This document shows positions 13,436 to 27,814 of a stretch of DNA of 64,000 nucleotides, in pieces (the first letter of the stretch is position 1; every line of letters starts with the position of its first letter). The notes below the pieces were generated by a model that was not told the origin of the DNA, did no database searches, and saw only the letters and a list, made by a program, of their open reading frames with translations. A program made the translations under genes and the position numbers. The DNA is taken from positions 127,410,001 through 127,474,000 of the forward strand of contig JBITNC010000001.1 in the NCBI GenBank assembly GCA_050084985.1, given 5' to 3'. The DNA is from Nageia nagi. Taxonomy: Eukaryota > Plantae > Pinophyta.

Positions 13436-14320
13436 TTAAATTCCTTTAGATTGATCTCCCCACCTGGTTTCATCAACATACATCTCTCTCTTGGATTGAG
13501 GATGCGCCTTGGACAGTTTCATGTATGTTCTCACCAACTGAGGATCAACATCGACCACCACATAGGTTGGGATTTGCGAGTTTTCTGCCTTTGCTATCTT
13601 GAGACCAAGTCTAAAGATCACTTTGTCTTTTGGCGCTCGATTTACTATGAAATCCATGGCCAATACCATTGTCTCTTATGAGATTCTTATAGTTCATTAG
13701 CTACATTCCTCCAATACCCATATCAACGTTGCTTGGTCCTATACTTTCGAGAGACCTTCCTTCTTTAGAGGTGCCTTCAAGCCAATGCCCAGTAGCCAAT
13801 AAAGGACTAACATATTACATCTGTCTTTCGAGCCTCCCCTTTTGAGGGAGCTCGTAGGAGGCATCAAGATGAGCAGTCACTTCCTCTACGTTAGACCAGG
13901 AGACGTATTCAAGGCCCTAAGGTTCCGTTGAGGACCTGACATATTACAACCTTCTTTTTTCTAGCAGTGATGCCACAAACTCATCCCCCAGAGCCCAACA
14001 GGGTCCCTCCCTTGGGTAGATAGCATGATCTTGCTCCCCTCCAAAGAGGTCCAAGATGGTTCCCCTCTAGTTGACTATGATTTCGTTCCTCTCTCTCGTT
14101 AGGGTTCGGACCTTTTGTACAACTACTTTTGCTTAGATCTCACTTTTATGCTTTCTTTAGATGTTGCCCATTAGCGGCTTTGTTGGCTTCATGAGCATGA
14201 TTATACTTATTAGTCCCATTGATCGCTCTTGGTCACCTTGACTTTAATATACTTTTTCTCTTTCATATATTTTATTGAATACCATTTGTACACCCATCTT
14301 TTATGTTCAAGTAATGTTTA

Positions 14321-14900
14321 ACCTAGCAAGCCAAGAAAATGGCTCTATACCCTTAGTGATATTTATCTTCCAAGTTTAACTAGTCTTTGACCTCATCATT
14401 TTAGTCAATTGAAATATATTGTGGGGCAATCCTTAAGTTTGGTTTATGCTTCCATTGGCAAAATTCTTGATTGTAAATTGTATTTATAACACCTTTAATT
14501 CATTATTGGGTGTCTACCTAGGAGGTGAAGAAAATGGCTTTATATACTTAACAATATTAATCTTCTAAGTTTAACTAGTCTTTGGCCTCTTTATAATAGT
14601 CAATTGAAATATAATGTGATGCAATCCTTGGGTTCATGGTTCCATAGAAGAAATTCTTGATTGAATTGCTAAATTCATAAATTGTATTTTACATTACCTT
14701 TGTTTCAATATTTGTTGTCTACCTAGGAGGCCAAGGAAATAGCACTTGGACCCTTAACAACATTCACCTTCTATGCTTAACTAGTTTTTGACCTCTCAGT
14801 TATATGTTCAAATATAATATGATACAATTGTTAAGTAGCCTTTGCAAGTTTGACAAATGTAACCTTGATTCATTCACTTAAACATTATTTTGGAATAACT
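14321..14900. repeat. ~200-bp tandem repeat x3
   Basis: ACCTAG...GAAAATGGCT...TTAACTAGTCTTTG units at 14321, 14516 and 14721. Confidence 0.8.
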
Positions 14901-14952
14901 TTTTTGTCTCTACCTTTTCCTCTATAGTTAAGGGTTAAACATGTCCTCTATA

Positions 14953-15800
14953 TTTTTTTTGATAAGTAATAAGAATAGGGGTTTTGAAAGGACACATAAC
15001 CTTTTGAATTTGCATCAGGATATTCAATATGCTCATAAGCAAAACAATATAAGAGTGGGGCTATCAGGGCTAAGGAAAACCTTGATTAAATAACAATAAA
15101 AACCTAAAAAAATAAAACATAGTAGCCATCCAAAACAAAATCTACTGGAATGTGTCTACAGGAATCTCTTGTAAAAAACAAGGGATAAGAGACCCAAAGG
15201 ACCCTTCCCTATAAGAGATTGAAGAAGAATGAACCCACCCAATGCATACCTTCCTCCACTTGAGGATTTTTGAAAATAACTCTATATTTGAAATAGGGAA
15301 AAGGACTAAAAAAATACTCTTCTTGCCCTAAAAACCTATTTCCCCCTGAACGGAGAAAAATCCTCTTCTTAGCGGAGCATCCTGAAGAAGATATCCAAAT
15401 ATCTTCCTAGAGAACAACTCTAGAGAAATTGGAGATGATCTCCTAAAAACTTCTTGGAGAAAGCTTCTCCAAACTAGATAGGGTTTCCAAAACCACAATT
15501 CTCTCTGGCCACCAAGCATTGTGTTGGTATCGATTTCTTTCCTACCTTGCAAGGCTGCAACGGAGGTAGGCTTAGCAAGAGAAAAAGGCCTTACTAGCAT
15601 ATATAGTGAGATAGCGTTACCTATCTCTGCACTAAGGGACTGACTACCCTATGGGGCTATGTGGCTTCGAACCTCTAGGCTTGGAATTACTAGAGACCCA
15701 TTGTGCCTCTGGATGATATGAAATAGTAGGTTGATCAGCTTAATAGAGCAGGTGATGGGAATATTAACTCACAAGTTTATATGGATCTATTTAGGGCTTG
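14953..15800 (-). mobile_element. Possible LINE-like 3' end with poly(A)
   Basis: The - strand ends TTACTTATCAAAAAAAA, typical of plant L1 termini; the body is not recognisable. Confidence 0.4.
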
Positions 15801-16899
15801 TGTCAACAAAAGTTGCAGTTTTTTTTTTTTTTTTAAAAGGAAAACAAATAAAAAGAAAAAAGGTTGAGGATTGAAGAAACTCAAAGTGACTAAGTGCGAA
15901 TGACGACAATTCGCTAGTATTGCAGGGTTTGGAAGATCTAGGATCTAGCTTTCGCAGGAATCTTTATTCAGCTATCATATTAAAGAGGTACACAATAAAA
16001 ATGCCCAAAGTACAACTTTAAATGAGCAAGAAGTAGAGCGGGGTGAGACAACACCAAATACATTCAACGTTCAATCACTAGTCACCATATTGCATACAAA
16101 GTTCCTCATAAACGTCATAGAAGCAAATATTTTCCAAAATGCAACATTTAGCATGCAAGTGCGGAATTAATAGTTAATCACTTCAATAGATAACTGTTCC
16201 TCTTTCCCTAAAACTCGAAGTTTTCAAAGGAAATGCTTGTAAGTGAACAAGCAACTATTAAAGATATGATAGAAAGTATTCCACACACCACTAAACGAAT
16301 GGCAATCACAACATCAATATAGAATCACAACTCATGAACAAACACCAAAAGGCCAATCGTTCTTGGGCAAGTTTCTCTCTATTCCATTCTGAGTAAAAAG
16401 TGACCCTGCGAGGGGTACTTATACATTTGAGTCTAACAATTGTTTCCCTAATTTAACAACCAACATTTAATGAAAAGTAACTAACATGACTGGCACAACC
16501 CTCAAATGCCCTTCGAAACAACTGAAGAGTCAAGTTCTGACAACGTCTGACACTATCTTAACAAACATAACGCCCTTTGAAACAACTGAAGGCCAACTCT
16601 AATTATTATTCTTTTGATAGCCTAATACTGCCAAAGTACTGACTATTGCTTAATACGACAAGATACAACCAAAATTATTGACTTTGAATATGTGGGAGCT
16701 CAACTCATCCTCATGATTCAAGTCTTACAACAAAAGTTTCATACTATCCCAAATTTCTTTATGCATGTAACCACAACTGTTGAACTAAGGCTTCAAAAGA
16801 TGTTTTGTCTCCTCGTGTTGCTTCTCTTTGTTTGATGCTTCAAGATCTTCAAGGCTCTAATCGAGAAAATCCTGGATCTTTTGTATCCTTGTATCTAGT

Positions 16900-17994
16900 A
16901 AATCAAATAGGCCGAAATTACAGACAAAATTTGCATTGGTGATGACCATGTCTTGAGTCTTTTCTTTTGCATACTATAGCCAATCCAGGTAAAAGAGACA
17001 TTCTTTAATCCTTTCCAACTTTTTATGTTGATAATTTGGGTTGCCAATCAGTATCCTATGAAGTATTGTCACATTATCTATCAAAATAGAAATCTGTATC
17101 TTTATGGTGTTTATTCCTATTTCTTCCGCAAGGAATTAGGTTATCTGGAGAGATAGTTCTTCCCTATCTCGTTCTAATTGTAACTGTTTAGTGCTGACCT
17201 TCAATTCCTAGGGTTTGAGAGGCTTCTTTCCTTCTGAGATAGTCCTGCTGATAGACACTATATTTCTTTGAGGGGTGATAAAGGATTCGCTACATCTCAC
17301 TTGTTGGATTCTATTTTCAGCCTTTTGTTCATTCCTTTGCTGCACAACTTTGGCACAGGCAATGCAATCACAAAAACTTGGATCCATCCACACCATGGTA
17401 GTGAATTGCCATGATGAAGCCTTCAGCTCTTCCAAACTTGCTCCAGCCCTTGTTATCTTATATTTCACTTCGTTCTCACCCATACTTTCTGCCTTTGAAG
17501 AAATCGTTTGTGAGGAACTCATTCTTGCTTCTATCGGTGTGTAAATGATCCCTTTCGGTCCTTTTTTTTATAGAATTTACCTAGAACAAATGTCATTTTT
17601 CATGAAAACAGGTGTCGCTTCATTGAGGTATTTTCCTTTTTACTGTCCTTATCTCCTCAACATTACACATTTCTGAAGCTACTAATGTAAAAGTTGATCT
17701 TCCTTTTCTTCCATTCATACCTTGGGTGAATTGCAAAATTTGAAAATGGTACACCTCTGGACAACGTGCTTTCTCTATGCTCTGGTCACCGTTTCAAAGA
17801 ACGATGGAAATGTGACTTTCTCAAAATATACGATCATCCTTCTCAAAACTGATCAAGGTTTCCCTCACCAACCGCTTTGAATAAAGGGCAAGTGATTTTT
17901 GAAGGTCATCTAAGTTCTTGCTATTCCTCCTTTTCTGGACTCTTGGGTCCATGCTTGGGATTTTGACATACCTACTATAGGAGAACAATATCAT
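16900..17994 (-). pseudogene. Third, internally deleted copy of the gypsy extra ORF
   Basis: SKRLVRETLISFEKDD resembles MTRLLKESLIEFQQKD of copy 2; the upstream region shares GGTCGCA motifs with 44100-45600. Confidence 0.55.
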
Positions 17995-18154
17995 CCCTAT
18001 GCTAATGTGAAAGAGTAACACAGGGACAAACTGGATATAGATAATCAGATCAGGTTGGCGAACCATGGTTTTGACAACAAAGGAGGAGGTAATGGCATGC
18101 AAAACAAAAGGAAACTGACTCTAACTAGGTCGCACCAAAATAAACATTTGAATA

Positions 18155-18890
18155 TGTAATGTCCCAAAAATAAATATTTTTGTAAATGTCTCCTACACTT
18201 AATTATGAAAGTGAAAAGAGGCTCATGTGACTAGGAGACATAACATTAAGTTATTGGCATTTATGTTTTGTTTCTTTATGTTGTAATAAGGCTCTTTAAG
18301 TCAAATTAAGGTTTGGGGATGTCAACTTGAAATTAGATCCTCAAGCTATATAAGAGGATGGAGCATCCCATTTTGAGTGTGTATTTGCTATTATATGACT
18401 TTGTATCTGAAACCCTAGGTTTCTTGAGGAAGGTTGCACCCTACTCAAACTCCACCATTGTTTAGCAGATGTGCCCTAGCTCTGTTGGAGGCATTTGTAG
18501 TTGACAAGAGATGGGCCTTGCTGTTGCATTTGCAAACTAAGGAGATGTGCCCGTAGTCACTTGAAATTGCTGTGGAAGGAATCCAACAAGTTTGTGGTAA
18601 TTTTTGCTATTTTGTTTTGTGCCCTTGCTGCCTTAGAAGGTGTTTCCAGCTTTGTGAGCATATTCAGCCAGATTTCTATGTTTTTTGAGTTAATAAAAAC
18701 CCTAAGGGGGGGTTTATCCTACTTTGGGGAGTTTTCTGGTTCATTTTATTTTCATATTTGAGTACCCTTTTGGATGTTCTTTCATTGTATCCATTTAGAA
18801 ATTAATACAATTCTATCTTGATTGATTTTTCTAATTGTGGCGCAACATTTGTTCTAATTTCTGTGTTTGAGTATCCAGTTTTGTGTAAAA
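18155..18890 (+). mobile_element. Truncated LTR-like fragment
   Basis: Starts TGTAATGTCCC and has GCTATATAAG at ~18345; no partner LTR seen. Confidence 0.45.
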
Positions 18891-18899
18891 ATCAGAAAT

Positions 18900-20526
18900 G
18901 AGTCATTTTAGAATAGACCAAGCTTTTGAAATGATGCGACCTAAAAAAGTTAAACTTTACTGGACAAAACAAAAAGTTAAGCAATCCACTAATTGTGAAC
19001 ATCTTCTGACCTTGACTTTGGCCTAGCGTACTTCGCCCAACAAATGATCTTTACACCTCAAGACTTTCTGACTCCAAAACCTGGGTCGCTAGTTTCCAAA
19101 GAACAATTTTGGCTTGAACCAAACTAACACTCTGTAAGCTGTTCCAGCAATCTGAAGTGGTCACACCTTTAGCAACTTGAAATCTTATCTCCTCTTTTAA
19201 CTAGAATTCCCAATCTGCTATGAATTGGCAAAACTCCCCTTTGTCCAGGTCACGAGTTTTAAACGTCTTTCTTTTGCATGCATGTGATATCATGTGTCCT
19301 CCCTTTTCAAACTATCACTTACCAGACACAAGTATGTAAGCTTTGGCTCAATAACGTCAAATGTTTTGCAAGTTCTGGATAGGTTGCAATTTTAAACAAT
19401 AGTCCTTATAGCACTATAACTGGAATGTGCAACTTGCCTAAGTCCCAAATCTTAGATAAATTTATTATATCCATCCGGTTCAGGAAACCCTTCATGCATT
19501 CATCTGGCAATTATCTCTCACTATGGGTGGGGTCACATGTTCTTGAGACCATGCCCTTTGCATAGCCTTCAAATTGCATGACCAACTTTTGTTAAAGAGA
19601 CGAAGTCCTCTTGGTTATTTATGGTCTCAAATGTATTGCATCAATGCCCTTTCAAACAATCAACATCCCTCCAAATGACACAAGCTTGATGACTGAGCCA
19701 AGCCGCATACTTTCAATGTATTGCTTTTTGTATTCTCCTTAAATCATGAGATAAACCTTGCCTTAGACACATAATGAAGAGGATGGTTGATTTGGGGTTT
19801 TTATAGCCTTTGGATGCCACGTGGGTCCATATCATCAAACCAAATGTTCATTTGTTTGAGGTTGCATGTTTTGGCTGGATAGGCTAGGTCGCATGGTTCG
19901 AGCCAATTGTTCCCTGCATGCATTGGAAATCGCACGACCTGCTCTTCCCTTTTGAATGAAGCTCAATTGAGGCTCTAAATCCCTTTTATAGCTAATGCTG
20001 ATGTGTTACTTTTAAAAAATTCCTTGGTCTCATGATTCAAAACATATGATTGGGGCATCCTTTTTATAACGTGCGACCAACTTCTCAAGGAACTTTATAG
20101 AAAATGCGCAACCTACCCTTTTGCATATATCACACTTGTGCTAAAATGAAGAAGAATCTCCCTTTTTATAGCCACCCGATCACAATCTTCGAAGTCAACT
20201 AGGTTGCATGTTTTCAAAAATATGCCTCAAGCATTCACTTCAAACTACGCGACCTATCTTCCTTTGGTCGCATGTTTTAAAACACATGCTTTATGCACCT
20301 TTCTTAAAATTCGCGACCAAACTGTATTATGCATCCGGTCTGAAATGTGTGACCTAGCAAAATAGGGCATTTGAAGGAAAACTCGCGACCAACTATCTTT
20401 GGGCCTAGACTTTGTTAAAAATGAGGTGGAGTCTCCTTTCATACCTTCCTTTGGCTCAATTTTCAAGAATTATCCTTTGTCACCAGCTTTTAATGCATCT
20501 ACTTCAAACTGTGCGACCTAACCCTC
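18900..20526 (-). mobile_element. Gypsy non-coding spacer relic (between pol and the extra ORF)
   Basis: Dispersed TTGGTCGCATGTTTT / TGCGACC motifs, as in 44100-45600. Confidence 0.55.
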
Positions 20527-21520
20527 TGTTGGAATGTATAATGCATTATTGTAAAGGTTTTGTAATAATCCTCTTTGTAAATTCACTAATACTTAATGGT
20601 ATCATTAGATACCTTAAGTATTTAAGTGAATATGATAATGTAATTTGTCCTACGCTCCATGTCATGAGCATGCCCCTTGGGTAAAAGGGAGTAGCATGTC
20701 ATGCCTTTGTACAATGGTTAAAAGGGTGATCCAAAGGGGGATTTTGGCCTATAAATAGAAGGCCCCCTCTTTGTGATCACTCACCAATTTGTGAATTAAA
20801 GTTATGCTCTGGGATAGTGATTAGGAGATGGAGTAGGAGGATTGTAAGAGAGTTGTCTTTGTGAATGAAGTAAGATCTTGTTAGTGGATGTACTCCTAGT
20901 TGGAGGAACCACTTTACATCTTGAGTTATTTTGTGAGATTGCTTATGTTTTAGTATTTTGTTGTTTGAGAGAGCTTTCATATAATCTTGGGTGTTTAGGA
21001 TTGAATTAGTTATAGTTTAATCCCTTCAATTGATATCAGAGCTTGGTGTGGAAGCTCTTCTTCAACATTCTTGGAGGTTTTCATCTTACACTTCATTGTG
21101 AGGTAAAAGAACTACAAAGGTATAACCTCCCTACATTATGTTACTAACATTTCTTAATTACAAAATATTATTACTATTACTAACAATTGTTGTTAGTTGA
21201 CTTTCTAAATAAGCATTAAAATGGCAATAATATATTGATATAATTCTTATTGCAATATTTTGTTATAAAAAAATTGTAATGTTTTTTTGAAGTAACATAG
21301 TGAAAATTGCAAATTTATTGTGTGCAATTATAAGGCTTTTTTAAATATGGAAGAATTTTTTTTACAATATATTTGAAAAATTATTATAATCTATTTACAT
21401 TAAAAAAAACTAAAAGGTTAGGGTTGCAGAATATATTTTTTATATAAAAGATTGATTAAAAAACTTTTGAAACTTACAAAAAAAAATGCTTCAAAGGTTT
21501 CTTTTTCAAATATTTAGTGC
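20527..21520 (+). mobile_element. Copia relic: 5' LTR (20527-21028), PBS (21031-21042) and start of the leader; related to the 46595 element
   Basis: tgttggaat...cccttca-at-TGATATCAGAGC-TTGGTGTGGAAGCTCTTCTTCAACATT, colinear with 46595-47300. Confidence 0.88.
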
Positions 21521-24500
21521 CTTTTCTCCCCCCATCTTAGCTTGGATGGTCGCCCTCTCAACACCTTGTCAAAATCTGTCATCATGGGATTGACAATTGG
21601 ATAGTGTTGTGCCCGCACAACACACCTCAAGATGCAGCATTTTGGGGACCCAATTTTTTTCAAACAGCAATGAGCAACATTGCCTGGGCATGATCAACTT
21701 ATGACCGATATGGATACCTAGAATGACGAATTGATCAAACAATGCACGAGCATGCCCCGGAGTCATGGAAACAGTTTAGCTCAGCTAGTGGCCAAGTCAG
21801 GGCTTGGTCTCGAGCAATGTCTTAGAGGACAGAGTTTTGGATTGCGACAACAACTAGACAGTAGGGTTTTGAGCGAATGGCCATCAAGTTCGAAAAGGTG
21901 TCATTTTGTCAAAATTGAGCAACAAAGTTGCCAAGATGACAAAAGGTGCGTTTTTTGTCGAGTTTGAGCTTGGAAGCAGTGGATACAGTTAAGATGACGA
22001 AAATGCGCATTTTTGCACAAATTGAGCCTAGAAAGGGCATCTATAGCCAAAAAGCGCATTTTTTGTTAGTTTTGAGCCTGGGGAGCCAAAAAATGGTTAG
22101 TAGCACGGAAAAGTGCATTTTGGTCAATTTTGAGCCCGGAAGTGGTCACTATGCTGAAAATGTGTGTTTTTGCATGATTTGAACTTGAAAAGCTTGGAAA
22201 TGACCAAAAATGCAAGTTTGAGCTCAAAGTGCTCGGAGATGCTCGGAAAGGCTAGAAATGAGCGTTTTTGCATATCTTGAGTCCAAAAAGGCCGGAAATA
22301 TAGACTTTGAGCTCGAAATACTAGAAATGATTGTTTTCTCATCGTTCGAGCTCAAAAATGTCCGAAAATTGTCAAAATTCATACTTAGAGCTCGGAAATG
22401 GCTGAAAATGCACCATTTGGCCCCATAAAAGATAGGGAAGGTCGGAATGTAAAGTATAGCTTGGGATGAATGAGGAAAACAAGTTTGAGCACCCTTGTTG
22501 GAGGATCAAGAAATGAGCGTTTTGGCCTCCGTAAAGCTTCAGTTTGAGCTCAAAAATTGAGTTTTTTCCAAAGTACTTGAAATGAAAATCCGAGAGAGAG
22601 AGAGGTGTGATGCCAAATGACAAATTAAGGCCACTCTACTCTTGGGAATTTCGAAAAAAACTTGATTTTTAAACGTCGAAAAGTTAGGGGGGAGTTTTGC
22701 ATGTTTTCCCTCACTTAGTAAATTTCGAAAAATAGCTTATTCCCTTGAAAACCTGCACCTACCTTTTGGGAGGCCCAGATTGATCCAAAATGGCAATTTT
22801 TGAGTTCAGGAGCATGGGGATCGCGGTTCTACATCAAATTGGTCTTTCAAGTTCACGATTTCGACGAGTTTTGCTCCATCGAAAGTCAGAAAAACAGGAA
22901 AATGAGCAAAAGGGCAGCCAATGAGAATGCTTGAAGATTTCCAAAATTCTCAAAAGTGTCAAAATGAAAATTTAAGAGTGAGGTAGGGTGGCAAATAAAA
23001 AATTAGACACCTTTCCTCTTGGAATTTCCGAAATTGAGCAAATTTTGACCCTCCTAAAGCTAGGCGTTGGTTTTGCCTTGTTTCCTTCAAATTCCAAAAT
23101 TTGGAAAATGGCCTAAATACCTCAAAACCTGTGCCTACCCTTCTTTAGCCCCAAATTTGAAAAAAATTGAAAATTTTGACCATGATGGGGTGTAGGATGG
23201 GATTCCACACAAGTTTTATGATTTGACTTTCCTAAAAAAATGAAATCTACCTCCTCAAATCATCAAATTTCGATTGACCAATAAGAGGGCTCCAAATTTT
23301 CTCAAAATTTTCCAAAATTGGTCAAATCAAAAAAGGAAAGCAGGTAGGGTGCAAAATTCAAAGGAGATTTTTCATTTTTGCAAGTTATCCCCCATTTGTT
23401 TCATTTTTCAAAACTTGCCTAAACATCATAAAACCTGTGCCTAGCCTTCTTGGTCCCTAAAAGCGCCCAAAATTGCAATTTTTCACTTCTATGAGGTAGA
23501 TGGTGTGATTCTACACCATTTTGACCTATCATTTGTGCAATTTGGCCCACACAAACTCCCAAAAAACCACCTTTTTGCATTCAAAAAGGATTTAAGGGCT
23601 GAGAAAACTCAAAAAATTTGGATTTTTCCTTCAAAATATCAAAATTCAAAATCCAAATCTGAAGCATGGAGGTTGTAGACCATTCCAAGGCCATCATCTT
23701 TGCTTCCAAGACCCCCCATGTTGCTCCAAAACTGCCCCTTCCACACTTAGGCACAGGTTTTGGGTTATTTCCCCATTTTTCTCCACTTTTCCAACGTTGG
23801 GTATGACGATGATAAGTCTAAAATGCAAGCCTTTTGATCTAGGGTTGATATGGAAGTGACATGTGGCACTTTTGACACCCTTGAGTCTATAAATATGACC
23901 ATACCCCCTCCATTTTGCTCACCTCTCATTTTTGCACCCTTATGCTGCCCAAATTTTTGAGAATTTGAGAGCCAAGTGAGAAAAAAAGCCATTTTTCCAA
24001 TGTTGGAGGATTTTTCAAACACTTAGTATGTTGGCTATTTACCCAAATTCCATTAAAATTTGAAATCCAAGCATCCTCCATCCACATGAACTCCATTTTT
24101 CCAAGTTTTGAGGATTTTTCTCACAAAAACCCATTTTTCAAACCCTCAAACACTTGAAAATTTATTTTTTCAGATTTCAAGTTTGATCACTTTTTTGGAT
24201 ACCCTTTATCCATGTGATCAACTTTTATTTTCAGCTAAAAAACACAAAATAATTCATAAGATCCAAGATCCGAGTGCTTAAAATCCTCATTTCTTGAAAA
24301 AAATTCAAAAAAATCCAAATTTTTTTTTGGAGTCCTTTTTAGCCGTTTTAAAGTCTAAAACACCTTCCCCATTCATTCACCATCCATTTAAGGTGTTAGA
24401 ACTTGATTCCGACACCATTTGTCAATTTGCCAAATTTCACCACTTTTTCCTATTGAAAAAGTCAACTTTTTTGAGAAAAACTTCAAAATTCTCCAATCAT

Positions 24501-24733
24501 CCTAATTTTTTGCCAAGGCATTCCCCTTTGAGACAACTACTTTTGGGTAATCTCAAACTCACCAGAAGGCCTTGAAAATTGCAAATTACGACACTTTTCG
24601 ATGATGGCACACTCAGAGTGAAAAATGCCAAGAAAATCCAAATTCTTTAGAAACCCCTCTTTGCTTGCCTAGAAAGTGCCATAAGCTTCCTAGGACTCTT
24701 CTAACTCTTGTTGTCCTCTTACACAGGGACACA

Positions 24734-27700
24734 ATGGCATTAGTTGCTCAGACATCAAACATCGGATGCAGAGAAGGCTCACAATGGATAGTCTCATCAC
24801 ACTCGAACACACAATAGAGCCATCGATGCCTGCCACAAAAATCATAGATCAAGTGAGATCGAGGACACAAATTATAACTCCCTTGATCCAATAAGAACTC
24901 TAATGAAAATCCAAACATTTGATCCAGCTTCGTTAGTTAAGGACACTTTGAAAACTTCCTTACTAGTAATAGCTTATATGGTGCCATTCGCCTCTTGCTG
25001 ATTTGATCAAAGATTGGTTGGCTGATGACCGCAAGCACCTCACAGAGAGAGCCTTAGCAGTGCTAAATAGAGGAGAGTTCTATCAAGTAGTCTCTAGACT
25101 AATATCGATGCTTTCTAGAGTAATCGGTCAAAAAGATGACACCAAATTCCGGTCGAAATTCGTAGGGTTTATAGAGCTGATCAGCACTGGTAGAGGCATA
25201 AGGTGGAGCAGAGTAATTAGAGATTACCTGGCTCAACAACTGAAAAATGTCTAGAAGAGCAGGAAATTCTATATGAACTCCTACCTGGTTTTTCAACTCC
25301 TTCACGGTAGGGAGAGGGTGACCTCAATCGCCAATACTAGGTATCTATACGACCCCACACACCTAGTGTGGAAAAACTACCCACGGTGTTTTGTTCATAA
25401 CAAGTGGAGCGATGGAAACTGGAAGATGATGACCAATGGTTTTGAAGGCAAAATTTATGAGGAGATCATGGGCAGAGCCAATGTACTTAGAATATCAAAT
25501 GAGGCTGCTACCGCTATCAAGGGACATGCGGACTTCTTTCTAGAAGACATAGAGTTCACCTACCTCAGGGTTTATGGCTCCAAAGAAGCCCCTTATAGGC
25601 TACCTTGTTACGCAAGTAATCGCATCATCCTTATGGAATTTTCAAGACACTTGCGAAACATACACGACAAGGTATGGTTAAAGAAGGCGGCAACCACTTA
25701 TCAATTGCCTATCGTCATCGGGAATTATGAATGCAGCACCTGGTGACATATTGAAATGATCAAACAAGAATTGGCGTTGTATGAATTCCCGACATAAGTA
25801 GCTGCAGATCACTATGATCCTGATGGAGTGATTGATGCATGCTTTCAGAAGACTTGGAGCTCATTATATCCACACTAGTCCCTTGGTAGCATTGAGAGGT
25901 ACAGGAACATTTAGGATGCCCTGCATGTTCAATGGATTCACAAGGACCTAAAAAAAGAACAAAAATAGCATGAAGTTGAAGAAGCTACCAGGTTAAGAGC
26001 CAATGCATGGGTCATCGTACCCCCGAGCCACAGGTATGTTATTTCCATAATATCCCCTTCAGTAACCCTATCTCAAGATAGAACGGGCAATATGCTACCA
26101 ATAGCATCCCCGAACAAACCATTGAAATAACTGTCATGAGTACGAGGAATGAAATCTTGGACCTCAGAAGAGTAGGCCTAATCTCTCTACCGTTCAAACA
26201 CTTTCAGAAAAAGATAAATCTCCTGCAAGGTTTGAATTGGAGTGGTATGTGTCTGAATCAAAACCCCAGCACATCATCAAGCTCCGATAAATATGGACTG
26301 AGTGACTCATCAGAGACCAATGAAGAGATGGATTTTGCTACAGTCATCAACACTGACATGGAGATAAACTAAGATACTGCCTTTGAGCAGGTCAACACTG
26401 ATCATTTAGTAGAGATCCTTAGCAAAGGCAATCCCTCAGTTGATATGATTGTACAGCAAGCGGTAGGAGCAGGTACCCCAAAATCCACTCCTCAAAAACA
26501 GGCATCATAAATGCCATCATCACTGAGGACCACGACAACATCAACTCAGAAGGGTACTTCAAGACCTAGGACAATGGCATCATCTTCAAGGGGAGATGAT
26601 GGAAATTAGGAGGATGAGGGAGAAAATGAAGAACAAAGGAGAAAAAGAAGACAAGTAAAGCATGATGACGAGATCATCGAAGACGAAGAGATGGTTCTTT
26701 ACGGAAAACAATCTATGGAACCTTGCTTCGACATGGTTGCAGTGATGGCCAATTTGAGTTCAAATCATCCTTGCGGAGGAGAAGATTCCGAAGATGAAAA
26801 TGATGAACTTCAACAGATTGATACTCTTATCACCACTGTAGAAAAAGTCACCTACAAGGATAAGCTCTACTCAAGGAAAAACAAGGCTAGTATCGGAAAA
26901 TTTGCCCTCATTGTTGAGATAGAAGAGGCCCCTGTCGAGATTGTTGGCCCATTGGGAATGGAGCACAACATCATCACAAATGCACGGGCATTGAGGGAAT
27001 CCAGTACGTTATTGAAATTAGAGAATCGAGAGCTGAAGAAGATAGTGGCGAGGTAGGAAATGATCGACAAAGAAGTCAGGGCTGCTAATTTGACAATTGA
27101 AGACATCAAAAGACAGGTTGACTTAAACATTGGAATCACCGCCCTGAAACAAGGATGGACCAAGAACCTTATTGAGGCCATCAAAGCACTCCACTCAAGC
27201 ATGGTAAATTTTTATATTGAGGAGGGGGGGTCGCATTCTCAGGCGGAGAAAATAGACCGATTGATCATCAGATGGAAGAACGGGTACTTTACAATGCTAG
27301 ACCTATGGAGAAGGGAAACCCATCATCCTTTCGTGCTGAATTTTTGCATAGATTGGTTCCAACTATACGATTACTTGTTCTATATCAAAGCCAAGTCCAT
27401 CGACTTCATATGCACCAGAACCCAACTCAAAATCGTCATAAGTGAACAGGCAAGGGAATGCGAATTCCAGGTACCCTTGTTTGAGGAAAATGGCAGCATT
27501 AAAGAGTATATGACTGTGATGACAATGATCCATGCCACTATTGCAGAGTAGATATATTCCGAAGATCCACACAGCCTGAAAATAGGAAAACAGATGACAG
27601 GAAGGATGAGATTGGCTGATTGGAGCAAAGAAATGGTCAAAACCAATAAGGTCATCTTGAAGCACCTGCTATCAAACGGAGCCCTCCAGACAATCCACCG

Positions 27701-27794
27701 TGCCATTAGGAACGTAGAAACATTCATGGGAGATTACTTTGAAACCAAAATCGCCACAACTGTGCAAGTCATCTTCCCGCAATTGCCAGAATAG
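24734..27794 (+). pseudogene. Gypsy 3' extra ORF of unknown function (copy 1, ~1000 codons, disrupted)
   Basis: ORF fragments at 25003, 25273, 26691, 27060 and 27594; the N-terminal domain is homologous to 43117-44022 (-). Confidence 0.8.
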
Positions 27795-27814
27795 AAAGGG
27801 GTCTATTCTGGCAA

